Below are positions 34,940-41,265 of a stretch of 41,265 nucleotides of DNA, piece by piece. Below the pieces are notes generated by a model. That model saw only the letters and a list, made by a program, of their open reading frames with translations. It ran no database searches and had not been told where the DNA came from. Position numbers and translations under genes: made by a program. Position 1 is the first letter of the stretch. Each line of letters begins with the position of its first letter. The stretch comes from Spirogloea muscicola (lineage: Eukaryota). The stretch covers positions 250,823 through 292,087 of the forward strand of contig WELB01000007.1 in the NCBI GenBank assembly GCA_009602725.1. The letters run 5' to 3'.

Positions 34940-35352
34940 CACCTTTGCACAAGTACAAGGACCACCCGGCGGGGTGCAGCACCGCCTGGGGAAGAAGTGC
35001 GCGGAGGCGCGGTGCCTTGGGGTCTTGTGTCCTGCTACCGCATGCGATTGTCTTATGTCCCTCCAGCGCTCCCAAGCGCTTGCTTTGCACCGCCGCGCCG
35101 GTCGCGCCCTTGCAGCAGCCTCTGGCGTGCGCAGCGGGGTTGCTCTTCCTCCCCTCAGCTCATCCGACTTCCTACTGCTTAGCCGGGGGTACTAAGAGCG
35201 CCCTGGCTGCCTAGCCTGTGGCTCCGTCAAGAACACCTGTGTGCATCTGGCCGGCTTTCACAGCCGCTCTTTTAATATCAGCAGCCGCATTCATTTTTCC
35301 ATTCTTTTCCGGGCTGGCTTTTCCAGCCCCTATCCTCAATGGGCGGAGCCCC
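34940..35352 (+). mobile_element. Subfamily A CRE-type 3' end plus an extra module, directly upstream of the ZIP gene
   Basis: Reads LHKYKDHPAG...SLQRSQALALHRRAGRALAAASGVRSGVALPPLSSSDFLLLSRGY* (stop 35195), then the A UTR, then GGGCTGGCTTTTCCAGCCC at 35311. Confidence 0.88.
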
Positions 35353-35463
35353 TCCCCAGCGGCGAGCTGGCTTCGCCCCCGGCGCCATGTCGACACCCCC
35401 GCCGCCCCGCCCCCGCCATGNTAGCGCCCCCGCCTCCACACTCCTCCCCCCCCGGCGCGCGCC

Positions 35464-37220
35464 ATGGACGACTGCGGGCGCGGCGGCACCTCCGCCCGCT
35501 CCGCGCTCGGCTTCCGCATCGGCGGCCTCTTCGGCGTTCTCACCGGTACGCCCCTCCGCCGCCGCTCCCCGCCTTGCCTCGCCTCGCCCCGCGCCTGCCG
35601 TGCTCCACCCCTCCGCGGGCAGCCCCCCCTCAGCCTGCCAGCCCTGGGCAGGCAGCCGCCTCGGCTGCCGCAGCTCACCACGCCGTGCTTGTGCTTGTGC
35701 GTGCTTGTGCTCTGGTGCGGCGCAGCGTCGGCCATAGGCGTCCTGCTGCCCTTCCTCCTCAGCTTCTTCGGCGGAGTCAGCTCCCGCAACCCCTTCTTCT
35801 TCATCGGGAGGGCCTTTGCCGCCGGCGTGGTGCTGGCCGTGGGCTACGTCCACGTCCTGCCCGACGCCGCCGCCGACCTGTCCAACCCCTGCCTCCACTT
35901 CTCCACCTCCTTCCCCTGGGCCTACGCCTTTGCGCTCGCCGCCTCGCTATGCACATTCTGCCTCGAGTTTTGGCTGCGCATGGTGAGCGCACCGAGCCCT
36001 CACCTCGCCCTCCTCTGCAAGCTCCATCTGACGCTCGTTGCCTGCTCCCGTTTGCCTGCACTGACGCAACTCATCGCCTCACTCCTTGTGCAGTCGATCA
36101 GGAGGGCCTATGGCTTGCCCACCCAAGCTTCACTTGAAGACTCTGACGAAGTGCAAGGTCTGTTCCCCCCAGCCGCGTGGCTCCTGCTTACACAGGCCAG
36201 GTCGGTGACAAGTTGCTGTTTGCGCTGGAAAGACGGCCTGAGACACAGACACGAGCTTGACATGTCGGCCACAGTTGCTGAGCTGTCTATTTGAGCCCTG
36301 CAGGCGGTCTAAGCATGGGCGACGATCTGGAGGGGGCAAAGGCAAATCCAAAGCAGGTGGACCTTGAGAAGGAGAGACGGCTGGAGTGGAATGTGGTGGC
36401 GCTCACCCTGGAGGCAGGGGTTATCTTTCATTCCGTCTTCGTTGGACTGACGCTCGGCACAAACACTGACATAGGTTACGTACGCGGGTTGACGTTCGCC
36501 CTCCTCTTCCACCAGGTCAGCCCTGTGCTGTGAAACAATGTGAGGCTTGCTGCATTGTCTCCACACTTGGTTCATCTCTTCATCAGCACTTCTGTCGTAG
36601 ACTTGTGGTCAAATTGAGACTGAGACTGTTGCAAGCGGCTGCTGTTTATCTTGGCAGGGATTTGAAGGCTTGGCTCTTGGGGCTGCTTTCTGCAAGGCAG
36701 GAAATAACAAACTGAAGTATGCAATCATGGGGCTCTTGTTTGCTCTGAGTACACCAGTTGGCATTGCCATTGGCATAAGCGTATCAATCAACTACAACGA
36801 GAATGACCCCAGTGGTATGATCTCTCTTGACACCACTTTTGCAGGCCAACTGTACATTAAGCTGGGGCTGCAGCTTGACGTGGTGATGGACCTTGTGCAT
36901 GGAACGATTTCCTTCCCCTGTATTCATCTCGCTAGCTTGTTCCCTCTAGTGTGGGCTCTCAGCACAGGTACTCCACCCTCACAGGCGAGATGAGTCTCTT
37001 ATAAGGAAAATGCGTGTGTGGTAATGTTGCAGTGTTGGGCACACAGGGCTCATTCAACGCTGTAGCTGGTGGGATTCTTATCTACTATGGTTTGGCGGAT
37101 CTCATTATACCTACCTTCTCGGACGAGGATCGACCTGCCAGCAATGCTGTGGTCTCTCTTGGATTCGTAGCCATGTTTGCGGGTGCAGCATGTATGAGTC
37201 TGATAGCCAAATGGGCTTGA
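35464..37220 (+). CDS. ZIP: ZIP (ZRT/IRT-like) divalent metal transporter, about 6 exons
   Basis: Contains FFIGRAFAAGVVLAVGYVHVLPDA, LEAGVIFHSVFVGLTLG, LLFHQ|GFEGLALG, FALSTPVGIAIG, GGILIYYGLADLI and MSLIAKWA*. The true start could lie further upstream, across the N at 35421. Confidence 0.93.
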
Positions 37221-38719
37221 CGTGATATCGGTCATGGTCAAGTCTACCAGCAGTTGCTGCGCAGGCTCACCATCGCCCCCCTTCATAGCTTGCATTTTCG
37301 ACTGCAGAGATTCATTTATCACTGCAGATTTGCCATACTAGTCATGGATCGTTAAATAGTAGGGTCTAATTTGTACAATACAGAGTCCACCCTTTTCGGC
37401 CATTTGTGAGCCAGTGGTGGATTCGATACATCTGACAGGCTGATCAGTAGCAAGAATCAGCGATACTGGAAGGTTATTTATCGGTCCAAGCACTGGCAAC
37501 TGTCAGTTGCTCTTGACGTGCCTGTTTCTTGACACTGAAGGAGTGCTCCAACGAATATTGCAAAAACGATGTCCTCCACTTCGCTTTATCGGCACATATA
37601 TTTGAGCCGCACGATTACGTTCTGTATCTGCAGCATGGAGGTGCCACCTTACACGTACTCTTCAGTCAACTCTCACTGTCATTCTTTCTGCCACTGGGCC
37701 CAGGACCTGGTTACTGGCTTGGCCTTGGAGGGCTCTGAGGATGTCAACACACTGAGGAATTCAGTGAGCGAGTACAGCGTCCAGTATGTAGCACCCAATG
37801 CAAGTAGCTGCCAGAAGCATCTGATGTGTGGGTGAAGGTCTCGTCCCAAATATCCCGGCCTGAGAATGGGGCTGTCATGTCAAAAAGTAGTCCTTTTTGG
37901 GCGTTGTCAAGAGGTTGCGCCCTATGAAGAACACTGTCAAGTACTCAGCAGACAGAAAACTGGGGTAGAGAGCTCAAACATCACAGCTTCAATGTGAGGG
38001 AAGGGGTATAACTTGGCCAGCCCAGGAGCCAGACTATGCAATGCGGGTAGGACAGCACCGGCAGAGCAGCCTACCGCAGCTAAGCGGCCAGCGGCACCTG
38101 CAGAAGCGAATGCATTCCCTTGTCAATAGCCGAAGATAGGACCACATTGGTCAGTGTGACGGAAGCTCGGTGCCAGTATTCATCGTCAGCAGTTGATGAA
38201 GGTCGGGGAGAGAGCGAGAGGGGCTGGCCACCCGGGCAGTCGCGGAGGCGGTTGATTCCAAGCATTGACCAGCACTGTGCTAGGCCTGCGGCACAGCACC
38301 GCAGTAGCGACGAGAGGCTGACGCACCACGGGTGGCATACCATCGAAAACACAAGAGAGAAGGCGCAATGGTGCCCATAAAAGGAAACAATAGGACTCGG
38401 CTGCTTATGTCAAGGGGCAGCTATTAAAGCCAATTGAGTGTATGCAGACAGAACTAATGGAAGGGAGGCCAAGCCGAGCCAACTTCGTGTTCATGCGAGG
38501 TAGTGCAACCAGTGAGACAACACCGACCGAAGCTCTAGGTCGGGAAGGGCGGCAGTGGCAGGGTACCGGAGGCAGCGCGGGCGCGGCGCAGAGGCGCAGA
38601 GAGCGACTGCGCACAAGTCGGAGCGCGCGGGCGCCCGGCCGAAGGTGCGGGGCGGTGCGGTGCGGGGCGCTGGCCTGGCTCTGGCCCTCCGGACGCTTCA
38701 TCATTACCCCAGTTCTGAG

Positions 38720-39370
38720 TCAGCGCTTTCGGCACCTTCGAACTTCGTCAATTCTTTACGGGCTGGCTTTTCACAGCCCTTGCCTCCATTGGGAGAGCCA
38801 GTTTTCTTCACCATTCACTCCTAAGGGGACGTCTATCCGCCTGCTGGTTACTTTGACTTGCACTTACTGACTCGAGGTCACTGAGAGCACCCCTTGCTGC
38901 CGTCTTCGCAATTAGTATCTTGCTTTTTGCGCCATCCGGCCCCTCCAGACCTTGTCCGTTCTTTTGGGCTGGCCTCTCACAGCCACCCAATTTGGACGCG
39001 CTATTCTGCTTTTGGGTTTACCTCCTGCAGACCATCGGCCAACTTGAAACACCCTTTGGCCTTCGTTTGTTTCAAATACATGAAATCCTTCCTATTTGTC
39101 TGGTACCGGCCACTGCTCTCTAATTGGACGCGCTGTTTCTTTCACAGCCCTCGCCTCGCTGGACGAGCTACTTTACTGAAAATACCGCTGCTTCTTCTTC
39201 TTGTGGAAGAGCTTCTCTGCGGACGAGAGGAGGCCCGCGGACCTGAAAGGGAGGCCGATCTGAGCTACTTGATTCCCTGTGTAATTTAGCGCTTTCCCTG
39301 GCCCCTTCAAAATTTGTTCATTCTTTTCTCTGGGCTGGCCTCTCCCAGCACCGTACTGAAAGCGTCTTTC
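38720..39370 (+). mobile_element. Series of degenerate plus-strand 3' modules of the CRE-type family
   Basis: GGGCTGGCTTTTCACAGCCC...GGGAGAGCC at ~38760-38799, with variants at ~38966, ~39130 and ~39332. A subfamily C-like UTR piece lies at ~39055-39085. Confidence 0.7.
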
Positions 39371-39542
39371 TTCTAATACAAACGAGACCCGTTCAGACGT
39401 GGGCCTGTGGTCCACGACAATTTCCAGCTCGGACCAAACAGCGCAGGCCGCCCAGAGCCGAGAGTGAAGGCACGCCTCCGCCCTGGCAGAGCAGCGCACT
39501 TTCGAAGATGAAGCTGCTCCACCAAGGCCCTCGCCCCTTCGG

Positions 39543-40440
39543 AAGAAGAAGTGGCTCTCCCAGTGGGGGCAAGGGCTGTGAAAAGCCAGCCCGAAAAGAC
39601 TTGACGAAGGTTCGAAGGGGCCACAATGACGGAGGGGCCTGAAAATGCTTATGTCAGAACGGGTGGAGGATGGACCACTCAGTAGCTACGAGTGAGATGA
39701 ATGCGTCAGACTAGCTGCCGGAAAACAATCCCCCCGACGAAAGCCAGAGGCTGCAGCGAGAGCACGGCCAGCACGCAGATGCAAGGCGTGGGCCATGGAC
39801 CGCTGGAAGGAGAATGACAGACGCATGCCATAGACCTGGGCCCACGAGCCAGCAGCGTTGAAGTCAGCCGGCTCACCTGGCCTGTGGGACACAGCGTGCC
39901 GCGCCAAAGCCTGGCTAGCAGGTCGAGCCACTGAGAGCCGAGAGACCCGTGCACATCTACGACCAGAGTGCGAACTCGTCCCCAGCCGGATGGTCTGCAT
40001 ATTCTGCAGCGAGTAGCGTTCGCCGCTGCATGGCCAGCCCTCGAGGCAGAAAGCCCCGGATTGGAGCTATCCACCACATCGGTGGTGACCACATCCGCGA
40101 TGACGCGCGGGCCGCCGCCCGGCGTGGACGCCACCGATTGTACACGACGAGTGTGCAGTCTATCCGGCATCTGCCGGATGGGCATGATGGATGTATTTTC
40201 CAGAGCGACAGGTAAACACGCCTGCTGGAGAATGCCGAACATAGCATCTCTGAGGAGGTGGTGTGCAGCGGTGCGTTCACCTCCAGTGGCGCAGCGGAGG
40301 GCATGCGCCGCTAGCTTCGCCGGGTCCGCCGACCGTTCCCAACACTCGCACTGCAGCACGCCTAGCAGACAGGGCGGCGGGAGACCCAGCAGGCGATGGC
40401 TTGCCGTGCGGTAGAGTTCAACCGGCGTCCTGAGTGCATC
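39543..40440 (-). mobile_element. 5'-truncated CRE-type element, subfamily B, frameshifted
   Basis: Reads LQCECW...HALRC, ERTAAHHLLRD, PRVIADVVTT, EYADHPAGDEF, VDVHGSLGSQWL and RAGRALAAASGFRRGD, then the B-type UTR ending in the module and CTTCTTCT. Confidence 0.9.
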
Positions 40441-40619
40441 GAAGAGCTTCTCTCCACTTTTTCAAAAGAGAGAAGGCGCGCGGAGCGCTTGAAACATAAG
40501 GGAGGCCAATTCAAGCCAATACATTGTTCAGGCAGAATTTAGTGCAAAGTGAATAAAGCTACATAAAATGGAGCCCTATGCTCAGGTATCTAAGGGTAAG
40601 AGGGTGACAATAGTACCAA

Positions 40620-40890
40620 AGAGGTACTATGGGGCGTGATGGCTGTGAAAGGCCGGCCCACAAGAAGAGAAGGAAGAAGCTCAGTCCAAGAGGGGCGATG
40701 GGTGTGGGAGGTTAGCCAAGGAATACAAGGAAGGAGAAGAAGCAGCTCCTTTGTAAGGGGCGACGGCTGCAACGAAAGAGCTGTAGAAGGAGAAAAAGCT
40801 GTGAAGGGCCAGCCCACGAAGAGATCGACAAGGCCCAGAAGGAAGGGGTGCGATGGCCATGGGAAATGCCAGCCCAGAAATGGTGGAGAA
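40620..40890 (-). repeat. Stack of degenerate 3' hairpin modules
   Basis: GGCTGTGAAAGGCCGGCCC (~40641), GCTGTGAAGGGCCAGCCC (~40798) and GGGAAATGCCAGCCC (~40861), with a GACAAGG box at ~40827. Confidence 0.6.
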
Positions 40891-41265
40891 AATTTGGGCA
40901 GAATCCAAGAGGGCCGGTAGACGCAGGCCACGAAGCACGCCAGGGTGGAGGAGCTTTATCAACGGGCGAAGCGCTGCGAAGCCGATCAAGTCCCAGAAGA
41001 GACGAAAGCGGATAGCGCGCGGACAGCGGTTGGCGCGCATGAAAGCAGGCCACCACGTCCACCAAGAAGGATGTCGCCGCGCAGTACTAGCCAACCCACG
41101 CAAGGGGTGACGGCCGCCCTAGCGGTGGGGCCCGCAAAGGGGCTGACTGCGGGAGAGGGGGGGGCGGTCGCATATTCGCCGCCGCCGCGAGGCGACACGG
41201 CCACCTCGGCGCGCACTGCCGCCGCCGCCGCCGGCGCCACCGCCGCCGGCGCGGCTGGTAGCAGC

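Overview
Eukaryotic, GC-rich, intron-dense nuclear DNA. The proteins are land-plant-like, so a streptophyte green alga is my inference, not a database result. Six spliced genes are recognisable: a GDT1/UPF0016 cation antiporter (+), a short ArfGAP (-), plastid ribosomal protein S6 (-), a ZFN-type CCCH zinc-finger gene cut at an assembly N (-), UGGT ending in RTEL (-) and a ZIP metal transporter (+). An unbroken ~2.34 kb (CCCTGAA)n array (TTCAGGG, a variant of plant TTTAGGG) starts right after an N at 8839 and is probably a real chromosome end scaffolded internally. Most intergenic DNA consists of 5'-truncated copies of a CRE-type (restriction-like endonuclease) non-LTR retrotransposon. At least five subfamilies share the C-terminus LLTR[G/N]Y* but have different 3' UTRs. 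These UTRs converge on a short GGGCTG-loop-CAGCCC...GAGCC module with hairpin/pseudoknot potential, seen roughly 30 times by eye. Copies are stacked head-to-tail and often end just upstream of gene starts. A pogo/Tigger-like transposon end lies near the left edge. Exon boundaries were read manually, and no alignments or folding programs were run.
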